A stretch of 64,000 nucleotides of DNA from an uncultured Chloroflexia bacterium (GCA_963800795.1 CAWDCJ010000013.1:6916-70915), one strand, 5' to 3'. Counted from the first letter of the stretch, positions 1 through 10,142 are shown. Notes: a model not told the origin generated them from the letters alone. Made by a program: numbers and translations.

Positions 1-935
1 GCCTGGATGAACCGGGCAACGCCCGCCTTCCTCCGTCCCGTTACCGTGCCCACCACGGTCATCCCCCCGTCGACGCCGAGAGCGGGCGCGAGCTCGTCGA
101 GGAGTGCTGGGTCGAACGTGAACAGGAGCTCGTAATCCTCGCCGCCGGACAGGGCACCGGCGATCGCCCGTCGGCTGCCGAGCGCCTCGACCGCCGCCGG
201 CGCGAGCGGCACACGGTCGACGTCGATCTCGATGCCCACGCCGCTGGCACGCGCCAGGTGGTGCGTCTCGCTCACCAGCCCGTCGCTGATGTCGATCGCG
301 CAGCGAACGCCCAGCCGGGCCAGGATCGAGCCGGCCGCGAGGCGCGGGACCGGCCGGTGCAGCGCCGCCAGCAGCGGATCGACGGCTGCCTCGAGATCCG
401 GCCCGCGTTCCGTGAGCAGCGCGAGGCCAGCCGACGCGGCGCCGAGCTTCCCGGTGACGGCGACGAGGTCGCCGACACGGGCGGCGTCACGGCGGAGGAG
501 GCGCGCACGATCGGCCTCGCCGACGAGCGCGACGTTGATGACGAGCGGGCCGGGTGAGCGGACCGTATCCCCGCCGACGACCCGCGTGCCGGTTCGGTCC
601 GCGAGCGACTGGAGCCCGCGCGCGACCTCGACGACGAGGGCGCGGCGACTGGCGTCAACGGCCACGGAGACGAGCGCGCGGCCGGGCCGCGCGCCCATCG
701 CCGCGAGGTCGGACAGGTTGACGGCGAGGGCCTTCCAGCCGAGGTCGTCGGCGCTCGTCCAGTCGAGGCGAAAGTGGATCCCCTCCACCAGCATGTCCGT
801 CGTCGCGACCGCGACGGTGTCCCCTGCGGCCGGCCAGCTGGCGGCATCGTCGCCGATGCCGAGGCCGTCCGAGGGTGACCCGAAGATCGTCGCGAGCCTC
901 GCGATGAGCTCGAACTCCCCCGTTGGCTCGGTCAC
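1..935 (-). CDS. thiL: thiamine-monophosphate kinase (3' end beyond window start)
   Basis: Own reverse-strand translation from GTG (933-935): VTEPTGEFELIARL..GIGDDAA..ATTDMLVEGIHF..VVGGDT..LSGGEDYELLF, the ThiL/AIR-synthase-like pattern. GTGA overlap with the thiE stop. Absent from the ORF track because there is no stop inside the window. Confidence 0.85.
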   Translation of the reverse strand, partial: MTEPTGEFELIARLATIFGSPSDGLGIGDDAASWPAAGDTVAVATTDMLVEGIHFRLDWTSADDLGWKALAVNLSDLAAMGARPGRALVSVAVDASRRALVVEVARGLQSLADRTGTRVVGGDTVRSPGPLVINVALVGEADRARLLRRDAARVGDLVAVTGKLGAASAGLALLTERGPDLEAAVDPLLAALHRPVPRLAAGSILARLGVRCAIDISDGLVSETHHLARASGVGIEIDVDRVPLAPAAVEALGSRRAIAGALSGGEDYELLFTFDPALLDELAPALGVDGGMTVVGTVTGRRKAGVARFIQ

Positions 936-1630
936 GTCCGCGCCCCGGGAGACCCCGGCGATCCGCCCTGGGCCGCACGGACCACGTCCAGCAGGCGGCG
1001 GGCGGCTGAACCCGGATCCGGCGCGGCGGCGATCGCACTGATCACCGCCAGCACGTCCGCGCCGGCCCGGACGGCGCCTGCCGCATTCTCCAGGGTGATC
1101 CCGCCGATGGCGACGATCGGGAGATCGACCGCGGAGCGTGCGGTCGCCAGGAGCTGGAGGCCCGTGAGCTGCGCGTCCGCCTTCGAGCCGGTCTGGAAGA
1201 CCGCGCCGACACCCAGGTAGTCGGCCTCGCTGAGGTCGGTTGCCTCGAGCTGCACCGCGTCCGTGATGGAGAGCCCGATCAGCGCGTCCGGGCCCAGCAT
1301 CGCCCGGGCAACGCCAAGCGGGAGGTCATCCTGTCCGAGGTGCACGCCGTCGGCCTCCGCGGCGATCGCCAGGTCGAGGCGGTCGTTCACGAGCAGGAGT
1401 GCCCCACGCCCACGGGTCAGGCCTCTGAGCGTTCGAGCTACCTGAAGGGCGTGACGGGTCGTCCCCGCCTTCTCGCGGACCTGGATGACCCGGACCCCGG
1501 CCTCGAGGGCCGCCACCGCGATCTGCGCGGATGTCCGTCCGCCGCTGAGCGCTTCCTCGGTGACGAGATAGACGCCGGCTTCGCGGAGCTGCTGGCGCCG
1601 GCGGAGGCGCAGCGGGCCGGCTTCGTTCAC
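932..1630 (-). CDS. thiE: thiamine-phosphate synthase
   Basis: Track ORF 932..1663 shows VYLVTEE, VIQVREK, LLVNDRLDLA, DGVHLGQDD, YLGVGAVFQT, PIVAIGGI. The in-frame GTG at 1630 gives a GTGA overlap with the thiM stop, so it is preferred as the start. Confidence 0.85.
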   Translation of the reverse strand: MNEAGPLRLRRRQQLREAGVYLVTEEALSGGRTSAQIAVAALEAGVRVIQVREKAGTTRHALQVARTLRGLTRGRGALLLVNDRLDLAIAAEADGVHLGQDDLPLGVARAMLGPDALIGLSITDAVQLEATDLSEADYLGVGAVFQTGSKADAQLTGLQLLATARSAVDLPIVAIGGITLENAAGAVRAGADVLAVISAIAAAPDPGSAARRLLDVVRAAQGGSPGSPGART

Positions 1631-2451
1631 GCCGGCCACGCCTCGGTCACCGTCGCGCGGCAACGGGCGCGGATGGCGTTGCCGTCAAGCCCATACACGG
1701 CATCCATGAGCTGCTGGCGGAACGTTCCCGGGCCGGCGCTGTGCTCGGCGGCGATCTCCCCCGCGACGCCGAAGGCGACCATCGCGGCGGTGGCCGCGAG
1801 GAACGGGTCGGGCTGGACCGCGAGGAAGGCGCCGACGAGGGCGGTGGCCATGCAGCCGGACCCCGTGATCGCGCCCATCAGCGGGTGGCCATTCTCGACC
1901 CGGGCGGCCCGTGTCCCATCCGTGACGTGGTCGACCACGCCGCTGGCGACGGCCGCGCCGCCCGTTCGGCGGGCGACGATCCGGGCGGCTTCGTCCGGAG
2001 CGCTGGCAGAAACCGAATCGACGCCCCGGATCTCGGCCGCGAGGCCCGCGATCGCCGAGAGCTCCGCGGCGTTGCCCCGGACGACGTCGACCCGGACGGC
2101 GGCGAGGATCGCCTCCACCGCGTCGGTCCGGAGCGTCGTCGCGCCGACGCCCACCGGGTCGAGGACCACCGGGACTCCGCGCTCGTTCGCCTCCCTGCCC
2201 GCCGCGAGCATCGCTTCGATCCAGGCCGGGTCGAGGGTCCCGATATTGAGCACGAGGGCGCCCGCGTGGCGGACCATCTCGCGGACCTCCCCGATCGCGT
2301 GCGCCATGACCGGCGAGGCACCGATGTGGAGGGTGACGTTGGCCGTGTCGTTCATCACGACGTAGTTCGTGATCTGGTGGATCAGCGGGCGCCGCGCCCG
2401 GATCTCGGCGAGGGCTTCGGCCGTGACGGCCGCGAGGTCGACCTCAGGCAT
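1627..2451 (-). CDS. thiM: hydroxyethylthiazole kinase
   Basis: LIHQITNYVVMNDTAN, VLNIGT, VVLDPVG, ITGSGC motifs. Start taken at MPEVD (ATG 2449-2451) inside track ORF 1627..2484. Confidence 0.85.
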   Translation of the reverse strand: MPEVDLAAVTAEALAEIRARRPLIHQITNYVVMNDTANVTLHIGASPVMAHAIGEVREMVRHAGALVLNIGTLDPAWIEAMLAAGREANERGVPVVLDPVGVGATTLRTDAVEAILAAVRVDVVRGNAAELSAIAGLAAEIRGVDSVSASAPDEAARIVARRTGGAAVASGVVDHVTDGTRAARVENGHPLMGAITGSGCMATALVGAFLAVQPDPFLAATAAMVAFGVAGEIAAEHSAGPGTFRQQLMDAVYGLDGNAIRARCRATVTEAWPA

Positions 2452-3322
2452 CGCGCTGCCTCCACAGGTGATTGACGGGCCCATGGCCCGCCCCGAGCGG
2501 TTCGGCGTGCTCCAGCGCGCCCTGCAGGAATACCTTCGCGGCCCTGGCCGCCTCGAGGGCGGACTGGCCGCGAGCGAGACCGGCCGCGATCGCGGCCGAG
2601 AACGTGCACCCGGTCCCGTGCGTGTGCGGCGTGTCGATCCGCGGCGCAGAAAGGACGTCGAACGCCGTCCCGTCGAAGACGATGTCGTCGGAGCGGTCGC
2701 CGCCCAGGTGTCCGCCCTTCACGATGACGACACGCGGCCCGAGCGCGTGGATGCGGCGGGCGGCCTCGCGGGCGGTGGAAGCGTCCACGACCTCGAGGCC
2801 CGCGAGCACCGAGGCCTCCGGCGCGTTCGGCGTGACGACCGTGGCGAGCGGAAGGAGCAGCTCCCGGAGCGCGCTGACCGCCTCGTCCTGGAGGAGGTGA
2901 TCGCCGCCCTTCGCGACCATGACGGGGTCCACCACGAGGCGCGCCACGCCGCCGGACCGGAGCCGACCGGCCACCGCCTCGACGATCGCGGTGCTGAAGA
3001 GCATCCCCGTCTTGACCGCGTCCGACCCGATGTCCGATAGCACGGCGTCGATCTGGGACACGACGACCTCGACGGGAACCCCGTGGATCGCCGTCACGCC
3101 CAGCGTGTTCTGGGCGGTGATCGCCGTGACCACCGAGGCGCCGTACACCCCGAAGGCCGCGAACGTCTTGAGATCTGCCTGGATGCCGGCGCCGCCCCCC
3201 GAATCCGAGCCGGCGATCGTCAGCGCGCGCGCCCGCGATCGAGCGATCGGGCGATCGGCGGATACCATCGGGCCTGCAGTCTCCTGACCATCGAACCCGT
3301 CCTCGGGGCAATGGGACGGCAT
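2444..3322 (-). CDS. thiD: hydroxymethylpyrimidine/phosphomethylpyrimidine kinase
   Basis: [49 protein letters not shown]. First gene after the TPP riboswitch. Confidence 0.9.
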   Translation of the reverse strand: MPSHCPEDGFDGQETAGPMVSADRPIARSRARALTIAGSDSGGGAGIQADLKTFAAFGVYGASVVTAITAQNTLGVTAIHGVPVEVVVSQIDAVLSDIGSDAVKTGMLFSTAIVEAVAGRLRSGGVARLVVDPVMVAKGGDHLLQDEAVSALRELLLPLATVVTPNAPEASVLAGLEVVDASTAREAARRIHALGPRVVIVKGGHLGGDRSDDIVFDGTAFDVLSAPRIDTPHTHGTGCTFSAAIAAGLARGQSALEAARAAKVFLQGALEHAEPLGAGHGPVNHLWRQRDA

Positions 3323-3337
3323 CGAGTCAGGTGCGGC

Positions 3338-3420
3338 CTGCTTCCTTCGCTGGTACGGGCCAGATCAGGTTCGGCGGGTCTGTGGCGGGTGCCACACTCT
3401 CAGCGCTCAGCGCTCCCCGG
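3338..3420 (-). promoter_or_regulatory. TPP (THI-box) riboswitch
   Basis: Reverse strand reads GGGGAGCGCTGAGCGCTGAGAGTGTGGCACCCGCCACAGACCCGCCGAACCTGATCTGGCCCGTACCAGCGAAGGAAG. It has the conserved CTGAGA and ACCTGATCTGG..TACCAGCG cores and lies about 15 nt 5' of the thiD start. Confidence 0.9.
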
Positions 3421-3547
3421 AGGCGGTCTTCAATTCGATTCGCAGTATATGGGATCAGCGGAATCGGTCTCCCGGGCCTGGCCTCCGCCGGCGGCGGACT
3501 CGGCCCGGCCACCGGCAGGAGGGCCACGCCCGGGCTATCCTCCGGCC

Positions 3548-4384
3548 ATGCCTCAGCTGCCCGCCCGCGATCCTGCCCCGCGCCTCGTGCGGGGAAGGCA
3601 GCGGCGCGCCGTGACGCCGGATCCACCGGCTGACCGGGCGCTCGTTGCCGCGCACGAGTGGCGACCCGAACGGTTCATGGTGATCGTGGCCCACCCCGAC
3701 GACGCCGATTTCGGCCCCGCCGCCACGGCGGCGAGGTGGGTCGACGCGGGGTCCGTCGGCCGGCTCGTGTGCTGCACGAGCGGCGACCAGGGTGGCGAGG
3801 ACGCGACGCTCGACCCACTGGAGCTGGCGGCCGTTCGCGAGGCCGAGCAGCGCCGCGCGGCCGCCGTCGTCGGCTACGCCGACGTCCGCTTCCTCCACCA
3901 GCCGGACGGGGCCCTTGCCAACGGGCTTCCGCTCCGGGAGCTCCTGGTCCGCGAGATCCGGGAATTCCGGCCCGACGCGGTGCTGACCCACGATCCCGAG
4001 GTCCTCTTCTACCGTGGAGGCGGAGTCAATCACACCGACCACCGGGCGGCCGGGATCGCCGCCGTGGACGCCGTGTATCCGGCTGCCCGCAATCCCATGG
4101 CGTTCCCGCATCTCGCCCGGGCCGGGCTGGCCCCCCACCGGGTTCGCCGGATCTACCTGTTCTGGCCCGGGGTGCCGACCGCGTGGGTCGAAGTCGGGCG
4201 CACGATCGACCGCAAGATCGACGCGCTGCGCTGCCACCCGAGCCAGTTCAGCGCGGACGCGGCCTTCGCGGAACGGATGCGCTCCTGGGCCGCCGAGGAT
4301 GGCGTGGCGATCGGGGCGCCGGCCGCCGAAAGCTTCCGCCTGGTGGTCCTCGACGACGACGACCAGGCGTCGCCGACCGAGTAG
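3548..4384 (+). CDS. PIG-L/LmbE family deacetylase
   Basis: VIVAHPDDADFG, GVNHTDHRAAG, HPSQF motifs. Start ATG 3548 chosen inside the longer track ORF 3083..4384. Confidence 0.75.
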   Translation: MPQLPARDPAPRLVRGRQRRAVTPDPPADRALVAAHEWRPERFMVIVAHPDDADFGPAATAARWVDAGSVGRLVCCTSGDQGGEDATLDPLELAAVREAEQRRAAAVVGYADVRFLHQPDGALANGLPLRELLVREIREFRPDAVLTHDPEVLFYRGGGVNHTDHRAAGIAAVDAVYPAARNPMAFPHLARAGLAPHRVRRIYLFWPGVPTAWVEVGRTIDRKIDALRCHPSQFSADAAFAERMRSWAAEDGVAIGAPAAESFRLVVLDDDDQASPTE

Positions 4385-4388
4385 ATCC

Positions 4389-5833
4389 TCAGGGGGCGTC
4401 CAGCAGCAGCGGGCGCACGCGGCCCCAGGCGTTCCAGAGCTCGGTGAGCGGCTCGGCCCGGCGTCCCAGCATGTCCAGCATCTCGCCCATGGTCAGGCCC
4501 CCGGCCGTTTCCGCCAGGTAACGTCCGGCGTCGACCTGCACGTCTCGGAAGAGCGCTGGCATGTCCGCCTCCGATGGCCAGAAGCGGACCCGCATCGGGT
4601 CCTCGCCGGCGTAGCCGATGGCCAGCGAGAGGTCGCGCTGGCCCGGTACGCGCCCGTCGGCGAAGCCGCCCAGGCCGTCGAACCGGTACCCGAGGGCGGC
4701 CAGGGCCGTCGCGATCTCGCGGCATTGGGCCTGCGAGTACGGACCCCACAGGACGTGGCCGGTCGGGAAGGTGAGTGCCGAGGCGTCGATCGCCCGGGCC
4801 ACGATGGCGTCGACCAAGTCGGACACAAGGAGCTGCCAGCGACGCTGCTCGATGGGATCGCTCCCCGCCAGGCGGTCCACGATCGCGCGCATCGTCGCGC
4901 GGTCACCTCGAAGGAGCCGCAGGATGGCGACGTCCTGCCCGGCCGCGGCCGGCAGCCCTGCCGCCGCGGGCTCCTGCCCCGCGTGATCCAGCTGCGTCAC
5001 CGGGGCAGCCACCTCGGGTGGGGGAGACCCAAGGCGCTCGGCTTCCTCGCAGGTGGCCAGGACCATCCGCGCAGCCCGGCATTCCTCGGCCGCGTGCTCG
5101 CTCCCGATCCGGGCCACGTCGGCGTCCAGCCCCGCCTGGTCCACCGCCTTGAGGAGCCCGATCTCGACGGCGGCTTCGCGGCTCATGACCAACGTCGATG
5201 CCCGGCTCCGGGCGTTGATCCGGTTGATCTCCCGCAGCCAGGCCGCGGCTGCCGCCTCGATCGCCGACCGGTCCCGCGCGGCGAGCCGACTTCGGCGGAA
5301 CTGGGCCTGGGCGTCGTCCTTGGCCGCACGGATGGCGCGTGGATCATTGGTCGCCGCGGCTCGATCGCGGCGCGCCACGTGCTCGTCGTACGCGCGTCGT
5401 GCGTCCCGCAGCCGCTCCTGGGCCGCGGCCGCGACGGCGGCCAACCGGTCGGCGCGCCCGCACGCATCGTCCGCCGCCGCGCGCTGCGCCGAGCACGGGT
5501 CGACCGGCTCGGCCTGGGCGGTTCCCGGTCCCGCCCCACGGGCAGGTGCCAGACGGCCGGTCCCGGGCGGGTTCGCGCGTGCCGGAGCCGAACGGCCGTT
5601 CGCTCGGGCCGGAGTCGGGGGCGAAGACGTCGTCACGACCGCGGGTGCAGCTCGGACGCCTGCAACGGGGTCGCGAGCGTCGCCGCTCGGCCGCCGCTCG
5701 GACCGGCAGAGATCGTCACGCGGACCTCGCGCTGGGCCGCCGGGCGAGCCCGGAAGACCTCGATCGCGGCGCCGCCCGCCAACAGTCCGAGCGCAAGACC
5801 ACAGGTCAGGAAGACGAAATCGCTGGGACTCAC
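4389..5833 (-). CDS. hypothetical membrane-anchored coiled-coil protein (apparent frame break near 5640-5700)
   Basis: The 3' third of the 1091-aa track ORF 4389..7664 is protein-like: an Ala/Arg-rich helical region, then a C-terminal domain ..FPTGHVLWGPYSQAQCREIATALAALGYRFDGLGGF... A plausible N-terminus with a TM helix (MSPSDFVFLTCGLALGLLAGGAAI) sits in another frame (track ORF 5633..5833). Confidence 0.5.
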
Positions 5834-6092
5834 TCTGAGGTTCCTCGGTCTGCTCCATGAAGTCGACGCGTCGGACGACGGGGCGCGGCCGCGGGTCGAG
5901 CGTAGCTGCGCCGTCGCGGCACGTCAATCCGAAGACCATGCCGCGTGATGCATCGCCACGTGGGCCGATCCGTGCACGAGTGCGCATCCTCGTGTAGATT
6001 CCGGCCCGTCGATCCCCCGGCGTCGACCGGCGCCGCGCCGCATCCGCGCCCCGAGCCCCGCCAGCCGCAGGTACGAACGAGGCCCCCGCATC

Positions 6093-7928
6093 GTGCCCAT
6101 CGACCCCAACCAGGAATTCCTCGTCCAGCCGGTAGATGCGTCCTGGCTCCAGTGCAACATCGAGTGCCAGGAGGCCTGCCCTGTCGGCACGAATTGCCGC
6201 GGCTACCTGAACCTGGCCGCGGAGGGTCGGTTCGAGGAGGGCTATCTCCTTTCGCGCGAACCGAACCCCGTCGCCGCAATGTGCGCCTACGTCTGCTCCG
6301 CGCCATGCGAGCGGGCGTGCCGCCGCGGTGATATCGACCGGCCGCTCGCCATCCGGGCGATGAAGCGGTTCCTGGTCGAATGGCACGAGGCGTCCGGCAT
6401 CCCCGACGTCCTCCCGCCGATCACGCCGCGTGAAGAGCGCGTCGCGGTGGTGGGGGCCGGGCCGGCAGGCATCGCGGTTGCCCGTGAGCTCGCCGTCAAG
6501 GGGTACCGCGTCACCGTCTTCGACAGCCTCCCGTTCGCCGGCGGCACGATGCTGATCGGCGTGCCTGCCTTCCGGCTGCCTCGCGAGGCGATCGAGATGG
6601 ACGTACGGCTCGTGGAGCGGTTGGGCGTCACCTTCCGGTACAACACGAAGATCGGGCCGGATATCAGCTTCGAGACGCTCCTTCGCGACTTCGATTGCGT
6701 CGCGATCTGCGCCGGAGCGATGGACGCGGTGGGGCTCGACATTCCCGGGGCGGAGCTTGCCGGCGTGCAGTACGGCGTCGACTTCATGAAGAAGGCGAAC
6801 CTGGGCGAGCCGCTGGAAGTGGGTCGCAACGTGGTCGTGGTCGGCGGCGGCTACACGGCGATGGACTGTTCGCGGACCAGCCTGCGCCACGGTGCCGAGA
6901 ACGTCACGATCGCCTATCGCCGGACGCGCTCGGAGCTCGTCGTGGACGAGGAGGAGCTGGGCGAGACAGAGCGGGAGGGCGTCAGGATGGAGTTCCTGGT
7001 CAGCCCGATCGAGCTGGTCGGCGAGGATGGGAAGCTGACCGGCGTCCGCTTCATCCGCAACAAGCTCGGCGAGCCCGACGCCTCCGGCCGCCGTTCGCCG
7101 GTGCCCATTCCCGGCTCCGAGTTCGTCGTCCCAGCCGACACGGTCATCCCGGCCGTGTCCCAGGCCGCGGACCTCAGCTTCCTGCCCGTGGAGGCGACCT
7201 TCGAGGTGGCCCGGGGTCGCCTCAAGGTGGATCCGGCGACCTACGCCACGAACGTGCGCGGCGTCTTCGCCGCAGGCGACTTCGTGACCGGGCCGGCGAC
7301 CCTGATCGAGGCCGCCGGGCACGGCAAGAAATGCGCCTACGCGATCGATCGCTACCTGAGCGGGCGGGTCGACGTGACGGTGGCCGCCAACGTCAAGATC
7401 ACGTCGTCCTGGCGCCACGACATGCCGGAGTACTACGACGTGCTGCCGCGCCAGCACATCCCGATGCTGCCGGTCGAGGCGCGCATGGCATCCCGTGAGC
7501 CGGAGGTCAACTTCACCACCGGCGTGGAGCTGGGCTTCAGCGCAACGCACGCGGTTGCCGAGTCCACCCGTTGCTTGATGTGCAACTACAACATCTGGTT
7601 CGACCCGTTCCGGTGCGTCCTGTGCGGCGCCTGCGCCGACGTCTGCCCGGAGGGCGTCATCCACATGATCGACGTGAACCAGATGAAGTCCGAGGGGTTC
7701 CTGCCCGAGCTCGAGGAGGCTTACGGCTGGGACCAGGGCGCCGCCATGATCCTCGACGAGGAGCGCTGCATCCGCTGCGCTCTCTGCGTGAAGCGGTGTC
7801 CGTTCGACGCCATTACGATGGAGCGGTTCGAGCTCCAGGAGATCTCGACCGACGGTCGGCTCTACAAGGAGTCCTACCGGGACGCGCAGCTTGCCGGGAC
7901 GCCCGGCGTCGCAGGAGGGGCCAGGTGA
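6093..7928 (+). CDS. GltD-like NAD(P)H-dependent FAD/Fe-S oxidoreductase with C-terminal 2x[4Fe-4S] ferredoxin domain
   Basis: N-terminal Cys clusters (CNIECQEACPVGTNC, CAYVCSAPCERAC). Two Rossmann motifs (VAVVGAGPAGIA, VVVVGGGYTAMD) and VFAAGD. C-terminal CVLCGACADVCP and CIRCALCVKRCP. Stop overlaps the cytochrome b6 GTG start (GTGA). Confidence 0.85.
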   Translation: MPIDPNQEFLVQPVDASWLQCNIECQEACPVGTNCRGYLNLAAEGRFEEGYLLSREPNPVAAMCAYVCSAPCERACRRGDIDRPLAIRAMKRFLVEWHEASGIPDVLPPITPREERVAVVGAGPAGIAVARELAVKGYRVTVFDSLPFAGGTMLIGVPAFRLPREAIEMDVRLVERLGVTFRYNTKIGPDISFETLLRDFDCVAICAGAMDAVGLDIPGAELAGVQYGVDFMKKANLGEPLEVGRNVVVVGGGYTAMDCSRTSLRHGAENVTIAYRRTRSELVVDEEELGETEREGVRMEFLVSPIELVGEDGKLTGVRFIRNKLGEPDASGRRSPVPIPGSEFVVPADTVIPAVSQAADLSFLPVEATFEVARGRLKVDPATYATNVRGVFAAGDFVTGPATLIEAAGHGKKCAYAIDRYLSGRVDVTVAANVKITSSWRHDMPEYYDVLPRQHIPMLPVEARMASREPEVNFTTGVELGFSATHAVAESTRCLMCNYNIWFDPFRCVLCGACADVCPEGVIHMIDVNQMKSEGFLPELEEAYGWDQGAAMILDEERCIRCALCVKRCPFDAITMERFELQEISTDGRLYKESYRDAQLAGTPGVAGGAR

Positions 7929-8653
7929 GCTTCCTGGAGCGGGTGGATCAGACGATCCGGCGGAGCCCCGTCTTCCGGTCCATCTTCCGCAACCCGTACC
8001 CCAACGACGAGCGGTCGCGGGCGTACGCGGTGATGAACAACGTCTTCCTCCACCTGCACCCGGTCCGCGTGCGCCAGCATGCCGTGAAGTTCGCCTACAC
8101 CTTCTGCCTGGGCGGGCTCTCGTTCTTCCTGTTCCTGGTGCTCACGGTGACCGGCGTCTACCTGATGTTCTTCTACGCCCCGTCCGCCACCCAGGCGTAT
8201 TCGGACATCCTGCAGATCCAGTCCCAGGTGCCGTTCGGGCTGCTGACCCGCAACATCCACCGCTGGGCAGCCCACCTGATGGTGTTCTTCGTCTTCCTGC
8301 ACATGATGCGGGTCTTCTACCACGGCGCCTACAAGCCGCCCCGCGAGTTCAACTGGGTGGTGGGGGTCGTCCTGCTCTTCCTGACCCTTTTCCTGAGCTT
8401 CACCGGCTACCTGCTGCCGTGGGACCAGATCGCCTATTGGGCCATCACGATCGGCTCCAACATGGCCGGCTACGCGCCGCTCTTCAACACGCCCTCGAAG
8501 ACGCTGCTGCTGGCGGGACTGGAGGTGAGCGGCAACACCCTGCTCCGCTTCTACGTCCTCCACATCATGGTCTTCCCGTTAGTGGCGGCGGTCTTCCTGG
8601 CGGTGCACTTCTGGCGCATCCGCAAGGACGGCGGGATCTCGGGGCCGCTATGA
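7925..8653 (+). CDS. petB: cytochrome b6-like (N-terminal half of cytochrome b)
   Basis: From GTG 7925: VSFLERVD..NVFLHLHP..RNIHRWAAHLMVFFVFLHMMRVFYHGAYKPPRE..LLPWDQIAYWA. Four TM helices with the heme-ligand His pairs. Confidence 0.9.
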   Translation: MSFLERVDQTIRRSPVFRSIFRNPYPNDERSRAYAVMNNVFLHLHPVRVRQHAVKFAYTFCLGGLSFFLFLVLTVTGVYLMFFYAPSATQAYSDILQIQSQVPFGLLTRNIHRWAAHLMVFFVFLHMMRVFYHGAYKPPREFNWVVGVVLLFLTLFLSFTGYLLPWDQIAYWAITIGSNMAGYAPLFNTPSKTLLLAGLEVSGNTLLRFYVLHIMVFPLVAAVFLAVHFWRIRKDGGISGPL

Positions 8654-8721
8654 CGGCTCATCCCTTCGTTGGCACCTCCGCTCGCTCACTCACGCACGGC
8701 GAAGTGCGCTCGCTCGCGTGC

Positions 8722-8831
8722 TCGGCGCCGCCTTGGTCTGATCCCGTCCTCGCCGCCCCGAGGATGACTCGCTCGGTCGCGGCCCGCCGGTCGGCGCCGC
8801 CTTGGTCTGATCCTGTCCTCGCCGCCCCGAG
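8722..8831. repeat. 41-nt direct repeat, two copies (8722-8762 and 8791-8831), 1 mismatch
   Basis: TCGGCGCCGCCTTGGTCTGATCC(C/T)GTCCTCGCCGCCCCGAG occurs twice, 69 nt apart, in the 187-nt gap between the cytochrome b6 and subunit IV genes. Confidence 0.9.
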
Positions 8832-8840
8832 AGCCGTCGC

Positions 8841-9437
8841 ATGACGGAGCAGAAGGCACCGCCGGAGCGCCGCGTCGTGCTGCCGGTCGATCCCGCCCGC
8901 CGGACGGAGATCGACAAGCAACGGGTGCCGATGTCGGCCCGGCCGTATCGCCTGCTCGCGCTCGTGAAGCAGGACGCCGTGGTGCGCGTCCAGAAGGAAC
9001 CCGACGACACGGTCATGACCTGGCCGCACCTGCTCTCGATCGAGTTCCTGGCCGCCGTCTTCATGAGCATCTTCCTGCTGTTCATGGGCCTGTTCGTGAA
9101 CGCCCCGCTCGAGGAGCTCGCCAACGGGAACGTCACGCCTGAGGTGGCAAAGGCGCCCTGGTACTTCCTGGGGCTCCAGGAGCTCCTGGCCTACTTCCAC
9201 CCGACCGTCGCCGGCGCGCTCGTCCCGATCTTCGTGCTGGTCGGCGCGGCGCTGATCCCGTTCGTCGACCGCGAGAATGTCCGCGCCAACCGGCCCTCGG
9301 ACCGCAAGACCGCGGTCGTGCTCTTCTCGCTCTTCTGCGGTCTTGGGCTCGTCCTGACGTTCCTGGGTATCTTCTTCCGTGGCCCCGGCTACGCGTTCAC
9401 GCTGCCCTGGGTCAGCGGCTTCCACTTCAGTCTGTGA
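8841..9437 (+). CDS. petD: cytochrome b6f subunit IV-like (C-terminal part of cytochrome b)
   Basis: The ..VAKAPWYFLGLQELL.. motif (PEWY-type Qo site element) and three TM helices. Confidence 0.85.
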   Translation: MTEQKAPPERRVVLPVDPARRTEIDKQRVPMSARPYRLLALVKQDAVVRVQKEPDDTVMTWPHLLSIEFLAAVFMSIFLLFMGLFVNAPLEELANGNVTPEVAKAPWYFLGLQELLAYFHPTVAGALVPIFVLVGAALIPFVDRENVRANRPSDRKTAVVLFSLFCGLGLVLTFLGIFFRGPGYAFTLPWVSGFHFSL

Positions 9438-9444
9438 GCGTCCC

Positions 9445-10114
9445 ATGAGCAACTATCAGGTCGAACCCGCCAGCAAGCCCGGAGCCCTCACCAGCGAGGC
9501 GCTCAAGTCGATGCGCAACGAGGCGCCGAAGGGACTCTCGCGCCGGCAGCTCCTCCGAACGTCGCTCGGTGCGGGCGTGGGCCTCTGGCTCCTCGAAGTC
9601 TCCGCAGGCACCCTGGGGTTCCTGTGGCCCAACCTGTCGGGCGGATTCGGCGGCAAGGTCCCGCTGGGCTCGTTCACGGACGTCAAGAACGCGAACGCGC
9701 TGATCCCGTTCGGCGATGGGTACCCGGCCTACTACCAGGACGCGCGGTCGTTCATCGTGCTCGTGGACACCACTCGCCAGGAGTTCGTCCCGGGCGACGA
9801 TCCGACCGGCGACGGGACCGCCCTCAACGTGCGTGCCCTCTACCAGCGCTGCACGCACCTGGGCTGCAAGCCCAACTTCTGCGTCAAGAGCTACTGGTTC
9901 GAGTGCCCCTGCCACGGATCCCGCTACGATCGGTTGGGAACCAAGGTCAAGGAGCTCGGCCCGGCGCCGCGCTCGCTGGACCGGTTCGCGGTGAGCGTCG
10001 GCGGGCGACGGGAAGCTCACCCTCGACACGAGCAAGCTGACGCTCGGTCCGCTGCCCATAGCGCTGGGCCAGCCGGGTCTCATCCCATCGATGAGCCCGA
10101 CCGGCTGCATCTGA
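9445..10114 (+). CDS. petC: Rieske 2Fe-2S protein (1-nt frame break near 10003-10008)
   Basis: Twin-arginine signal SRRQLLRTSLGAG; CTHLGC and CPCHGS cluster boxes. A +1 slip after ..FAVSVGG reads the typical tail DGKLTLDTSKLTLGPLPIALGQPGLIPSMSPTGCI* (stop 10112-10114). Confidence 0.85.
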
Positions 10115-10142
10115 TCCGCATGACCACGACCGACGGCCTCCG

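Noticed and set aside
3083-3547. N-terminal 155 codons of track ORF 3083..4384
   Set aside because: It overlaps thiD on the opposite strand and runs through the TPP riboswitch. The deacetylase homology starts only after the internal ATG at 3548.
4389-7664. 1091-aa minus-strand ORF, the longest in the track
   Set aside because: Only the 3' ~1.4 kb reads like a protein. From ~5900 upward it is the antisense shadow of the well-supported GltD-like gene (6093..7928) and has Arg/Gly/Pro-rich, motif-free sequence typical of high-GC off-frame ORFs.
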